Source of the DNA: Vicugna vicugna
Taxonomy: Eukaryota
Assembly (NCBI GenBank): GCA_013265495.1
Contig: MU057632.1
Span: 108,054-172,053 of the forward strand
Direction: 5' to 3'
Length of the DNA: 64,000 nucleotides
Shown: in pieces, positions 27,166 through 39,125 of the stretch
How positions within the stretch are numbered: position 1 is the stretch's first letter
Layout of the letters: every line of letters begins with the position of its first letter
Notes under the pieces: model-generated
Told to the model about the DNA's origin: nothing
Seen by the model: the letters and a program-made list of their open reading frames with translations, nothing else
The model's database searches: none
Made by a program: the position numbers and the translations under genes

Positions 27166-28772
27166 CTAGCAATTTCTTCCACTCCACTTGGGAAATACTT
27201 GGATGAAACTGTGTATGATCATATATTTCAACAGACGACATGTTTTTAGCAAGGAGGGCCAGAGCAATATATTTTTGAGCTTTCTTTAATCTCTCTGTTT
27301 GCATTCGTCTGAAGTCAACCTCATTCAAGTCTGCACACCCTTCCTGGATTCAGCAGAAGCCTGGGATATCGAGTACAGTGGTGTTGACCCAGTTACACAG
27401 GAATAACCAAGAACTGGTTTGGTGTTCCCTTTAGAAACAGATTTTAGCTTGAACCTCAACCTTGAAGAACTGCAAAAAGTTACTTTTCACTTGGGAGCCT
27501 ATAGCCTTGTCATTTCTAGGCATTTCTACAGGAAAACAGAGACGATGGCTACACACGCACACATACCGACATCTGCATGCATTTTATATTCCAGGCAAGA
27601 TTATGAGATCCATAAATTCATGCAGTCTCAGGGCAGCTGGCAGCATGGTATGCTAAATTAAACACACAACACTTAAGGCCACCTTTCTTTTATGCAAACG
27701 TTCATTCTTGCGAGACAAAAACCACATGCGGTAGAGCGGTCCTCATTGACAATGAATGTGATGGCTAATTGATGGAATGAGACGTTATGTTCACTAAGAC
27801 AATTTCCCACTCTTCATCAGGTTATTGATTTGCTGTGGCAGCTACTGGTAACTTATATGTATTCAGACCCAGGTCTCAGATGCCGGCAAGGCCTGAAATT
27901 GCTGCGGGTTGATAAAGGAAGCGTTATTAGAAAAATCTCAAGGGCGTCTCCAGGCTTCCCTAATCAAGAGGTGTGGTGTGATGTGCTGGGAAGGGCAGGT
28001 TGGAACCTGAGACTGCGGTTCTGGAGGCCTCATCTCTACCTTGAGGATGAAAACAGCAGCATAGCTAAGGGATTTTTTTTTTGAGGGGATCTTTATCTAA
28101 CCATTTTGTTTGTGTTCTTGTTTCGTTTAAAAACTACTGTGTCATTCATTAAAAGTGATGCCGGGATGAAGTGAGAGGCCCACCCAGGGTTCTTCAGGCC
28201 TAAGACCATGGAGGGGAATGGGGTCTGGGAGGGGCAGTCAGGATGCAGCCTTTGTGAGCCATGAAGGCAGGGTTCTCCTGGCCACGGGTTATCTGAGACC
28301 AAGTGGAGACTTTTCGTTTTCCACTGACCACCATGTCCAGTGTCCCCATCTGCAGCAGCCAACAGCAATTGTGTTCAGTGGAGACATGTTTTGTAGCTAA
28401 CAAGAAACAGTAACATTTATTTTTCCATGCCAAGTTGCCTCACACATGATGTTCTAAAAAGATACCACGTTTGATGTGGATTTCCATAAAAACAAATCAA
28501 ATAATGAACTGTAGGAGTCAGAAGTCTGGTGATGATAAACACGGGGACCATGCAGCCGACAGCTCCACTCTGAAATGCAGACACGGCCGAGGCCAGCCAG
28601 ACTGAAGGCACGTGCACAACAGGAGGGGCGGTTCTGTGATGGAGTTGGTGGGGTTGGGGTTTTTATAAACAAGCCCATCAGTCAAAGGCTTTCTCTGCAC
28701 TCAACACACGTGTGATTCAACGGCAGGTTACATTCAACAACAGCAACAGTAACATCATAAAACAGCATTACA

Positions 28773-28899
28773 TTTTTTTTATTTTGGGAGGGGGGTAATT
28801 AGGTTTTTAATTTGTTTATTTATTTATTTAAATGGAGGTCCTGGGGGACCTCGTGCATACTAAGCATGCACGCTACCAGCGAGCTATGCCCTCCCCTCC
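28773..28899 (-). mobile_element. Vic-1-like SINE with an internal B-box deletion
   Basis: aatggaggtcctgggggacctcgtgcat lacks attgaaccca. Confidence 0.8.
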
Positions 28900-29829
28900 A
28901 AAACTAAATCTTCTAATCCTTGGACTAGGTTCCCCATGTTGTCCAAAGCCTTTCTATTATTTCAGCAAATTCTCAAAGGGTTAGTGCTCACAGTGTCTCC
29001 TCTTCTCAAGCTTGGGTTTTTTTTTTAATAGTAGAAATTTCAAATCTCTTTAGTTTCAGCAAATCTGTTCCATCATTTAAATCTATGATGCTTTGGTTCA
29101 GTAACATGCCTCTGCACCTTGATTTAGATTAATGAATGGCTGAAGTTGACAGAGCTCCACTGTTAAGTGTTCTCACTCTATTTAATTAATTACCTGTCCT
29201 GGAACTAACATGTTGATTACCATACAAGGTCGGATTTAGTTAATCTCAGATTATTTTCTCAAACTTTCAAGATATATCTTTTCCCCGTGCAACTCAATGA
29301 ACAGGAAACTGAGAACGGCATCTAAAAAACCATTTAATATGAAATTTAGCTTTTCCTCTTTAGAAATTTTAGTTGCTAAAAAAGTAAAAAAAAAAATCAG
29401 TATTAAATCTGCCATGGTTTATTTACAGTAACAAAATACTTAAAAACAGTTGCTCCTGTAAAAATATTCTGAAAAGTAGCCCTTATAAAACATTTAATAT
29501 TATCTTTAAGAATTAATGAAAAGTGGAAATAATGTATTTTCTAAATCTTAGTAGCATGGAAAGCACTTAAAGTTGATATAAATGTTCTAGGTTCCCCTTC
29601 CTCTTCTCCTCTTTCTAAACTACGTGAATATTTGCCAATGTCTACTGTTAAAAAGTTCTCAAGAACTACTTTAAAGTGGCCTCAACATACTAGACACTGA
29701 ACTAGAAAAAAGGATGCACTGTTTTCACTCTCTTCTGACATAGTTGAGCGTTAAGAATAACATCCTAACCCAGAACGTTTTAACCAAGCAGAATTTTCTT
29801 TTCCAAGGCAAAGATCTGTTCTGCATCCT

Positions 29830-29983
29830 CTTTTTTTTTTTTTTAAATTTTGGGAGGAGGTAATTAGGTTTATTATTTATTTATTTATTTAATTTATTTA
29901 TTTAATGGAGGTATTGGGGATTGAACCCAGGACCTTGTGCATGCTAAGCATGTGATCTACCACTAAGCTATTACTCTCCCTCC
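29830..29983 (-). mobile_element. Vic-1-like SINE
   Basis: reverse-complement SINE consensus. Confidence 0.85.
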
Positions 29984-30914
29984 TCTTCTTGTGTCCTCTT
30001 ACCAAAAACTCACTTTTATTAATTTTTCTAGCTCTTTTCCCCTTTGGAAATCAACAGAGCATCTCAATTAGATGACTATTCAATGGATTAGGTGGCTGTT
30101 ATTGAAAACACACATTGTTTAAAAATAGAGACTTCCCTTGTCCATCGAAGTTTTCATTATTTTTCTGCTCTTTTTGGCGATATCTAGAAACCTGATTTTT
30201 GAGGAAGGTTTATGTAACAATGGTTTTAGGAAGACTGCCAAAGATTATCCCTAAGAGACAACAAGGAGGCATCTCTGCGGAGAAACAACCAAAAGGTCGC
30301 TGTGGTCATTAATTGCCGCATCTTTGCTTGTGTGCAGTCCCCTGTTCCTGGCTGAGAACTGTCCTTAGGGCAGACTGCACAGCCATCCTGCAAGGGAATT
30401 CTCCCCTCTCTTGGAGCCAGATGTACCAGGTACTCAAATGGTCCAGCATGCAGTCTACTACTGGTTGTTCCCTGCCAGGAAGCTGTGTGGCATCACTGTA
30501 ACCCTCCAGTAATCCTCCCGGACTCAGAATGCGGTGGTTATTGTTAAACTTAATAAGAGTTTCAGCCCTTCCCAGGATAAGCAGTCTACAAATTCTTGCC
30601 TCAGGCACAATAAGGCAATGGAGCCGGAACCATCCAGTGCGTGCACAGCTAAGCATCGCCCCACAGCAAGGAGGCGCCAGGGCACTGACTGCCAGCACCG
30701 CGGGACCCTGCCTACTTGTCCCCGGGGTGGAGAGGGTCAAAGCAGGCAACAGGCAAGAGGACAATTACAAGCAGATTGGAAACCTCATTCAAGAAGTCCT
30801 TAGAAGAGTGAGCCTCTGAGCAGTGCTCAAGGAGGGTGGCAGTGTAACCTGATCATGCACCTGAGTTTAGCTGGCATTCTCAAGTCTCATGTCAGTAGCC
30901 GGGATGCTGGGTAC

Positions 30915-30971
30915 CTCTGCTTCCGTGAGGTGTGTATTCTGAAGAGCTTCTGCTTATTACTAGAGAACTTA
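30915..30971 (-). CDS. KCNQ5: KCNQ5 57-nt alternative exon: (N/S)KFSSNKQKLFRIHTSRKQ(S)
   Basis: ctcctag|TAAG...GCAGAG|gtaccc, phase 2-2; homologous to the known KCNQ5 variant insert KFCSNKQKLFRMYTSRKQ. Confidence 0.9.
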
Positions 30972-31969
30972 CTAGGAGTGAGGGAGATAGAGTAGTACAT
31001 TACTAAGCATTTCACCACCAGGAAAGTGCTTAGGGATTTTTTTTTTCTTTTTTGAAAAACAAAGCCATTCGGTTTGACTGTTTTTCATATGTCAGTACGC
31101 AGACTATTTTGAAACACTAAATGTGTGATTGAATTGTGCAGCTCAAAATATACTCAATGCTCTTAATGGTTAAGTAGAAATAATTAGATTTGAAATAGAC
31201 ATCACAAATGATGGTAGTCTCTGTCTTAGCATCTGTGTCATAGGAAAATAAGAATTAAATATTTTAGGATATAGCGGCCCTGGTCATTAACAGCCATGCC
31301 ACACTGTATACATGATTGAGGAATAAAATATTACAGAAGTTTAAAAAATAAGTATATAAAGGACTCAATGAAGCAGATAACATTAATTGCTTTGAAATTT
31401 TAAAGAAGTTCTTGATTTGCATGAAATAGCGGCAGTTGTAGTTAATACAGGTAACCAGCTGTCAGAACACATGTTCAAAAAGACAGAAGAAAATATTCTA
31501 GGTAGCAAGTTTATAAACAAGATAGTATTTTTCTTAAGTCTTACAATGTGTTTTTAAAGACTAAATCCTTTCCCTCTTATCAATAAATGTGAACAGCAGG
31601 AGAGACCATTTTGAAACAAAATGTTTTTGAAGCCACCTAGCATTTTGCCGATAAGGACACAAGTCAACAACGCTGAAAAAAAAAGTCTAGTCTTAACCGA
31701 GTTTACTTTAACAACACGTGCAGATCACTCATTGCACAGAGAAGAAAGGAAATGTAAAGAATGGAAAATAAATGCAGAAGAACTCTGAGTGCACAATCTT
31801 TTCCATCAGTGTTTTAGAGTTTTATCTTGAGAGTCACACTTCTCAGAACCTAACAAGGCAACCACTCAGGAGCAGTTTGGACAAAGCATCCAGTAGATCA
31901 TAGCACAAGACTGCAATGTAATAAAAGAATATCACGAAGGCTTTAACATTTAAGTCAGGCATCTTGGGC

Positions 31970-32032
31970 AAGGAGGGTGTAGCTCTGTGGTAGAGTGCAT
32001 GCCTAGCATGTACCAGTGCCTCCATTAAAAAT
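31970..32032 (+). mobile_element. Vic-1-like SINE, internally deleted
   Basis: ggagggtgtagctctgtggtagagtgcatgcctagcatg...cctccattaaaa; flanked by aggcatctt repeats. Confidence 0.75.
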
Positions 32033-33537
32033 AGGCATCTTTACAGCCTTCTCACGAGTACCTGTGAAAGCAACTTCAGAGAGTCTATGAAGAAGTCTTC
32101 ATGCCCTATAACCTGCAGTTTAACTACAGAGCAGGCACAGAGCTAGCAAGTGTTGATGAAGGATGCAGGGTAAGCAGAGGCAGTGAGATTCATGGATAAT
32201 CCCCAAACCTACGCTGCTATGAGCTATGCCTGCAGCAATAAAACTGAACAGGTCGGAAGAGGGAAAAGCTCTCCTGAACCATTGTGGTGACTAACTCACA
32301 ACCTAGTCCACCTTGAGGGTTGACTTTGTCGAGGAGGATGGGAGGGAGGTGAGAATACGGGCTGAATCCAACCAGACGGGTTTACAGGGAAATTCTGTGC
32401 TCCAAAATCGACAACTTATACCCAAACAGAGAAAAACTGTCCAGTTAAAAAAAAATGAGTTGGAACAATTACTTAATGGGATGATGAGTTAGAATAAAAT
32501 CAATAAACACGATTTACCACCACATATGAGATTACAGTTGTTTCCATGGGAAGACAGAGGAAAACAAATGAACAATTAAATGCTAAAGAAGTTGTATTTA
32601 TGGCCTCAGTAGAGGAATAGGTGTGGTAGGGACACACCTCAACCCTGCACCAATCTTCCCTGTTATTCAGTTGAGCTACATGAAAAAGCTCTTCTTGATG
32701 GTTTGTATTTTTAAAGAAAGTTCTTGAATCTGTCACAAACCATGCGTAACCAGCTTGGAACTGGATGTCTTTCCTTAACCTGAGACATTGTATGTGAATT
32801 TTTTTAAAAAATGTATCTTAACGTCCGTGTTGAAAGGCAAAATCTTTCTCTTAGGCTTTCTCTTCTCTTGTTCTGCTAAAACAAGAATGTTGCAAAGGAG
32901 GGAATCTAGTTCCCTGAGGGTGTATGTGAACCTGTGTGACCCCCCCACAGAGGGGCCTGATCTACGGTTGTGACGTGTCATTCAGAGGGAGCGAGTGACA
33001 GGCCCCAGGAGAGGGGAACTGGCGGTTGTACCAAATTCTTCCACCTGTGGGTTACTCCTAGTTCTTAAGTACAAAGAACCCCCCTGAGGAAGGATTTAGG
33101 AGATGCCAGGCTCTGAGGTATCTGGAGGATAGCAGAGTTGGCTGAAGCGTATCCATGCTGATTATCTGAACCACCAGCGATAAACCAACGGCACCAACAG
33201 TAAAGGGCTCTGTGCGTGGGCGGTGTTCATCAGTCCATCTGAAACTGGGTCGAGCATTGATGGACAATATTCTGGACCCAGATTCGCTCTCTTCCCCAAG
33301 GGAGAATTCTCATGATAAATGCACGTTCCTTTGTGCATATTTTGCAGGAGTAAGGGCAACTTAGTCATTTTTCACCTAAGACAGTCCTGTTGCTACCGTC
33401 CTTACAGTAAAATAGTCTGTCCACAGTCATTATGTGGGACCATGCGTTTCATTACCTAAGGAGCCCAGCAAGGTGGAAGGCAAGGTAATATGAAAATGGG
33501 GGCTTCAGCTTATTTTCTTCTGATGATTGAAAAAAAA

Positions 33538-33697
33538 TTTTAATTTTTTTCCAATTTTTAACTTCTTTTGGAGGGGGGTAGGTAATTAGGTTTGTTTATG
33601 TATTTATTCCTTTATTTAACAGAGGTACTGGGGATTGAAACCAGGACCCTGTGGATGCTAAGCACGTGCTCTACCACTGAGCTCTACCCTCCCCTCC
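33538..33697 (-). mobile_element. Vic-1-like SINE
   Basis: reverse-complement SINE consensus. Confidence 0.85.
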
Positions 33698-34509
33698 TTG
33701 AAATGGTTTTAATGTTTCACTTTCTCTCTTCTTACATTCCTCCTCTTTTCCACTTTTGGTGGTGTTTTCTCTCTCTTCCCAGAAAGTACCTGACGTTGGG
33801 GATATTTTATTACTCTAGCCAAGAATTCTTTATTCAGCACATTCTCTGTCATAGCTCTACACACGGTGATCTGATATGTAACTGGGCACAGAAGACCCGA
33901 GGGTATGATTATGAGGCGTGAGGTAAGGCGTGCACACCAAATACTAAGACAGGATGTGTTCAGGGTGGTTTTGGCTAAATGTCCAATGACAACAGAGAAG
34001 CAAGAAATCTCTGTGTGTGATTCACCAAGTCAAAGGCATAGCTCAGTGGTTCTGTACATAATCAAACCTAGAGGTGAGTGAATTTTGACAGCCTCGGACA
34101 CAAGCATGCAGAATACATCTTAATGTTTTAGGTATATGTGAACATTATGAAATTTAAAACATTTTGCTGCTAGTCTTTCTGAACTGTGACAGATGACTAG
34201 GAGGTTCATGTTTGGACCCAGGGGCCGAAGCTCAACAGTGACCCTCGAATTCTGTGGCACTGCCTTGGGGACGATTGTCACCAAGAGGTGCACCATCCCT
34301 GTGTCAGGCCAAGGTGGCCCCTCATTCAGGACTGCCAAAGAACTTGTACATATGCAGTCATTGCCCTGTGATTCACGCTTTTCCCTCGCAGGTGTCAAAA
34401 GCTGTGTTTTGGAGGATAGAATCAAGACAGGTGACCTTATTCTCAGGTAGCTGTGGAGTTGTTGCCAAAGATGGTCCTGCTCTTAGGGCTTGGAGACAGG
34501 TTACTCTTT

Positions 34510-34674
34510 TTTTTAAAAAAAAACATGGTTTTCTTTATTTATTTTTTGGTGGGGGAGGTAATGAGGTTTATTTATTAATTTATTTAATTTTTAAAAATCG
34601 TGGTACTGGGGATTGAACCCAGGAGCCCCTGCATGATAAGCAGGCGCTCTACCACCGAGCTATACCCTCCTCCC
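34510..34674 (-). mobile_element. Vic-1-like SINE with 13-bp target-site duplication
   Basis: caggttactcttt at 34497-34509 and 34679-34691. Confidence 0.9.
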
Positions 34675-35254
34675 AAGGCAGGTTACTCTTTGAGATGATT
34701 TGTACACGGATAGTTCTGGAAACAAGAAAGACTTCAAATATTACTTAAGAGATGAAAACAGCTTATGAAGACTATGATTTGCTTTAACTTTTTTTTTTCA
34801 AGTAAAGTTACAACAGAAGGATGGTGGGGTTTGCATGGAGTCTGGACAAAGGAGGACTAAGCAGTCAGAACTGTTCAGTCTATTGGTCTATTTAAAGAAT
34901 ATTCTGAGTTTAATGACCAGAGCTTCTCTTTGGGCAGAAATATCTCCAAAGTGGAGAAAAGCTACTCTTTAAGTTATTCAAACTTTCTGGAAATATCACT
35001 CAGAAACATCCAATGCCTTTTGCTTTAAATCTGTGCCTACCAAATAAGAGAAGGGTCTTCAATGGCACCCACCGTGTAGGTTCACCTACTCTGAAGGAGT
35101 GTTGTAGGTCCTACTACATCTGTCTCACTTCCTGCATGAACACATTTATGTTGTGGTTTGTAATCTTTTAGATGAGATTAGGCGCATTCAGGGAGGTACG
35201 GCTGTAGACTGGTTTGTAATCTTTTAGAGTGTTGGCTGATGTAATGCAGAAATG

Positions 35255-35818
35255 GATGACCCGTGGAAACAACCTAACTGTCCATCAACAGATGACTGGA
35301 TTAAGAAGTTGTGGTATATTTATACAATGGAATACTACTCAGTCATAAAAAGAATAAAATAATGCCATTTGTAGCAAAATAGATGGACCTGGAGACTGTC
35401 ATTCTAAGTGAAGTAAGCCAGAAAGAGAAAGAAAAATACTATATGATATCAGTCATAGGTGGAATCTAAAAAAAACAAAGGTGACACAAGGGAACTTATT
35501 TACAAACCAGAAACAGACTTACAGACATAGAAAACAAACTTATGGTTACCAGGGTGGGGGAAGGGGGTGGGAAGGGATAAATTGGGAGTTTGAGATTTGC
35601 AGATACTAACTACCTAATGTATAAAATAGATAAACAACAACGTCCTACTGTATAGCACAAGGAACTATATTCAGTATCTTGTAGTAACCTATAATGAAAA
35701 AGTATGAAAATGAGTATATGTATGTATATGTATGACTGAATCATTATGCTGAACACCAGAAATTGATGCAACATTGTAAACTGACTATACTGCAATTAAA
35801 AAATGGAAAAAAAAAAGA
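35255..35818 (+). mobile_element. L1 3' end
   Basis: tggaaacaacctaactgtccatcaacagatgactgg through poly(A). Confidence 0.9.
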
Positions 35819-36817
35819 CCTAGAGACTCATCACCCCAAATGAACTTTCAAAACTAATTTCAGGACTGAATAAATATACTATGATTAATGTCATCAGTGC
35901 AACAGTACAAAGCTAAAGGCACAGTCCCTGGACTCCCACTGGCCCCTATCCAGGGACCAGCTCTGGGTAGGGGGATGCCTGTGTTCCCTAATTACTGGAA
36001 CATGTGGCAGTGACGGGAAAGAGACTGTGTCCCAGGTGGGATTCCAGGCACCTGGGGTTCTCCTGCCGGTTCTGCCTCTATCGCTCCTCACCCCAGCAGT
36101 GCTGGGACCCACCAGGCTCTGTCCTTCAGGGTTTTTCTCCTAAACCCACACCCATCTGGCACTCACTAACCCAGACTGAAATATTCTCTTTCACCTCCTG
36201 TTCCTCGTAGACCTAGCTTTCTGCTCTTTGATCTGAGAAAGCATTTCCTTCCAAGGCATGAAAGAATGACCATATGTTAGTTGATAAAGTTTTCGGTTGT
36301 ATTGTTTTCCTCCTAAAGGATGGGAGACTCTTCTTTTGAATCAGATCACTGAGCAGACCTCAGCGCTACGTGAAGTGGAGATGCTTAAACAGATGGTTCT
36401 TACCTCCCGCGCACAGTTGTCCTTTTGCTAAAGCCCCCATAATGTCTCACTTTAAAAGAAGGATCCTATGCTTCCTCATGGAATTTGAATACTAGGGTAA
36501 GTCTTCCATCTAGGAAAACAGTAGCCAGGAATAACCAAAGACCACAATTATTATTTTCCCCCCATAATGTTCCATGCTCTGCAGATTGTAAAACTCAGGG
36601 AGCAACTTAGGGAAAGAAACTTATGCTCCCAAGGGGGGGAAAAAGAAAGGAAAAAAGCTGATATAACAGCAACCTTCCTTTGCAGGCAATCTTGTGAAAG
36701 GTCACTTTCAACCATCTTGTATTTGTTGATCAATTTTACTCACACGAGACACATTTATAACATCGGTTTAAGCATCAGATTTATCAACAAACATGTAGCA
36801 GAATAGAAATCACAAAC

Positions 36818-36844
36818 CTGCTTGATGTTTCCCCTTGCTCCTTC
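36818..36844 (-). CDS. KCNQ5: KCNQ5 27-nt alternative microexon (exon 9 equivalent): (K)KEQGETSS(S)
   Basis: cctgaag|GAAGGAGCAAGGGGAAACATCAAGCAG|gtttgt, phase 2-2; matches the KKEQGEASS segment of KCNQ5. Confidence 0.93.
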
Positions 36845-37626
36845 CTTCAGGTGCGTGCAGACAGAAGAAAAATGATGATAACTGGTGAATACATTTATAG
36901 CACTTGATAACGACCACAGGGGGAGGCTGGGGAGTCTAGTACCTTAGTCAATCTATTTCAAGCAAGATGTGCAGAAGCAACACTCTTTTCAATAAACGTA
37001 GCCAACTTTCTAACCTGTATCCGTGGTGGCACAGAGCTGGGATAGCACCACATTCGTTTAGCAACAGTGATACTGCCCCTGTGTAACCCAAGACACCAGA
37101 CACCTCATTAGTCAAAGTTCTCCACCCTTAAGGAAAAGTGGTTCTGGTCAACAGCATCAGCAAACTCAGAGCGGTGCTGGCTTCTCTGACGCTGTAGTGT
37201 CTGGGGTTTAGGCTGACTCGGGGGTCTCTTAATCTGGTTCCTGTGTGACTGTGGTCTTGTACTCTCAAGCACCTGTAGACGCAAATTTTGTTTCTGTATT
37301 GTATAAGGTATGAGCTCCCTTGGAGTAAACCAGGCACGTAGGGAATCTAGCTCCGTGCTGGGATTGGTAACCCACTTTAGCAGATCCAAGTCTATGCAGC
37401 ATGGGGGAGGGTCCCTGCTCTTTGCTGATGAGCCCGTGTGTCCTTGGGCAGGCCCCTCACTTTCCCGTGGCTCCTGATCTTCCATGTAAACTGATCAGGC
37501 AATCTCTTGGGATCAGACAATCTCTTAATTCCAAATTCTTAAGGGACCGCATGGCATCTCTGGAGCTTGTTAATTCCCCACAGCTTCATAAAATAGCTGA
37601 CTTGTTTCCTCAAACAGCACCTTTAC

Positions 37627-37701
37627 CTGGGCCTCACCCTCACATGGCCTTGAATCCCTTTAAGATGAAAATCAAGAAATATGTTCCTTTTATACATCCT
37701 T
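37627..37701 (-). CDS. KCNQ5: Candidate additional 75-nt KCNQ5 cassette exon: (K)RMYKRNIFLDFHLKGIQGHVRVRP(R/S)
   Basis: ttttgttttaaccgcag|AAGG...CCCAG|gtaaag; symmetric phase 2-2 and stop-free in the KCNQ5 frame; sequence-only prediction. Confidence 0.5.
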
Positions 37702-38011
37702 CTGCGGTTAAAACAAAACTTGGAGAGAGCAACTGCAAAGACCTCTAAAGAGCGTGTGAGAGACCGCGGGGCCAGAAAGGAGTGGGTCTGGGCGGCTCGG
37801 CACCTCCTCCCCCTCCCCCTGCCCTTCCCCCACGGGACAGTCTCCACACCTCTCTCCCAACCGACTCCCGGGACAAGGTGGCGGAGTCCCAGTATCCCGC
37901 TGCAGCTCTAAAGCTGGTGAACAGAAGCACGGGTTGTTGTTTCCCATGGATAACAACATCACTGATGACCACGAGGATGCTGTTGCTAACCCAATCTCTT
38001 CCCTGACCACC

Positions 38012-38147
38012 TATTTATTTCGTTTTTGGGTGTTTTTCTTTTTTTCTTTTTTTTGGTTTGTTTGTTTCATGGAGGCACTGGGGATTGAATCCGAGGTGCT
38101 GCATGCTAAGCACGTGCTCTACCACTGAGCTATTCCCACCCCACCCC
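38012..38147 (-). mobile_element. Vic-1-like SINE
   Basis: reverse-complement SINE consensus. Confidence 0.8.
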
Positions 38148-38379
38148 AACCTGTTTAAAATCGCACCCCCCAGGGCTCCCTAAATTCCTTCCCTACTTTA
38201 CTTTCCTCTGTGGCACCTATCACCCTCTACTCCGTTACATCTCTTACTTATCTGTTTTTACTGTCTCTTTCCAGAGTCTCTTGAGCATAAACTCCCTGAG
38301 GCCTGAGATTCTGTTTGTTTTTCACTTGCGCCACCAGCATCCCTTGTGCCTGGAACAGTGCTGTGCACAGGATAGGTGA

Positions 38380-39125
38380 TGTAGGGGGAGCCAAATTCGG
38401 CACCTCAAATGTGTCTCTTTGGCCAGAGGATAAATTTAGGCTGATAATTTAAAAATTAAAAAAAATTATTATTATTTTTTAGTGGGGGAGGAGGTAATTA
38501 GATTTATTTATTTATTTATTTTTAATGGAAGTACTGGGGACTGAACCCAGGACTTCTTACATGCTAACCAGGTGCTCTACCACTGAGCTATACCATCCCC
38601 TCAAGGCTGATTATTTTTAAGAATCAGAAATCTCGGGAAGTTTTTCTTGTTATCGCTCCCTTAACTGCCTAAAAGAGTTTAGATAAAGGGCTTATTCCCC
38701 CAGAATAGAGCTGTCACCAGTTGGGTCTGCAGGGAATATGGGCCAGGTGTGGTGGTGGGGTACCAGCAGGGCTGGGGGTCAGAGTATCCCAATCACAGTG
38801 ACTGTCCCAGTGTCTCCGCAGGCCCAACAAACAGTCATGTACCAAATGCCTGCTCTTCTATCTCCACGTGAATTGCCTCCTCCCCTTTGAAGCCCCAAAC
38901 CCCCTACTCCAACATAGTCTTCTGTCTGTAGCTGAAGAAGGTATTTCAGGGGAGGGTTTCAGCCTTCTTGTCCAGTTATTCAGTTTTCCTGCATCTTTCT
39001 CATGTTCACATGTTGTTAAACTTTTGTTTGATTTTTCTCCTGTTCATCTGTCTCATGTCTATTTAATTCTTAGACCAGACAGAAGAACCCAGAAAGGCAG
39101 AGGAAAAATTTTTCCTTCTCCAGCA
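38380..39125 (+). mobile_element. ERV1 solo LTR (MER34-like) inserted in an L2 relic and itself interrupted by a SINE
   Basis: tgtagggg...tctccagca termini, flanks gtga/gtgc; L2-type gtgcctggaacagtg before and ttattgaatgaatg after. Confidence 0.7.
38465..38600 (-). mobile_element. Vic-1-like SINE nested in LTR
   Basis: flanks aggctgataattt / aggctgattattt. Confidence 0.88.

Noticed and set aside
28549..28569. 21-nt phase 2-2 segment (VELSAA) after a good acceptor tctgcatttcag
   Set aside because: Donor ATG|gtcccc is very poor and read-through reaches a stop; unsupported without RNA data.
30688..30712. REST/RE1-like motif cagcaccgcgggaccctgcc
   Set aside because: The right half does not match GGACAG; too degenerate.
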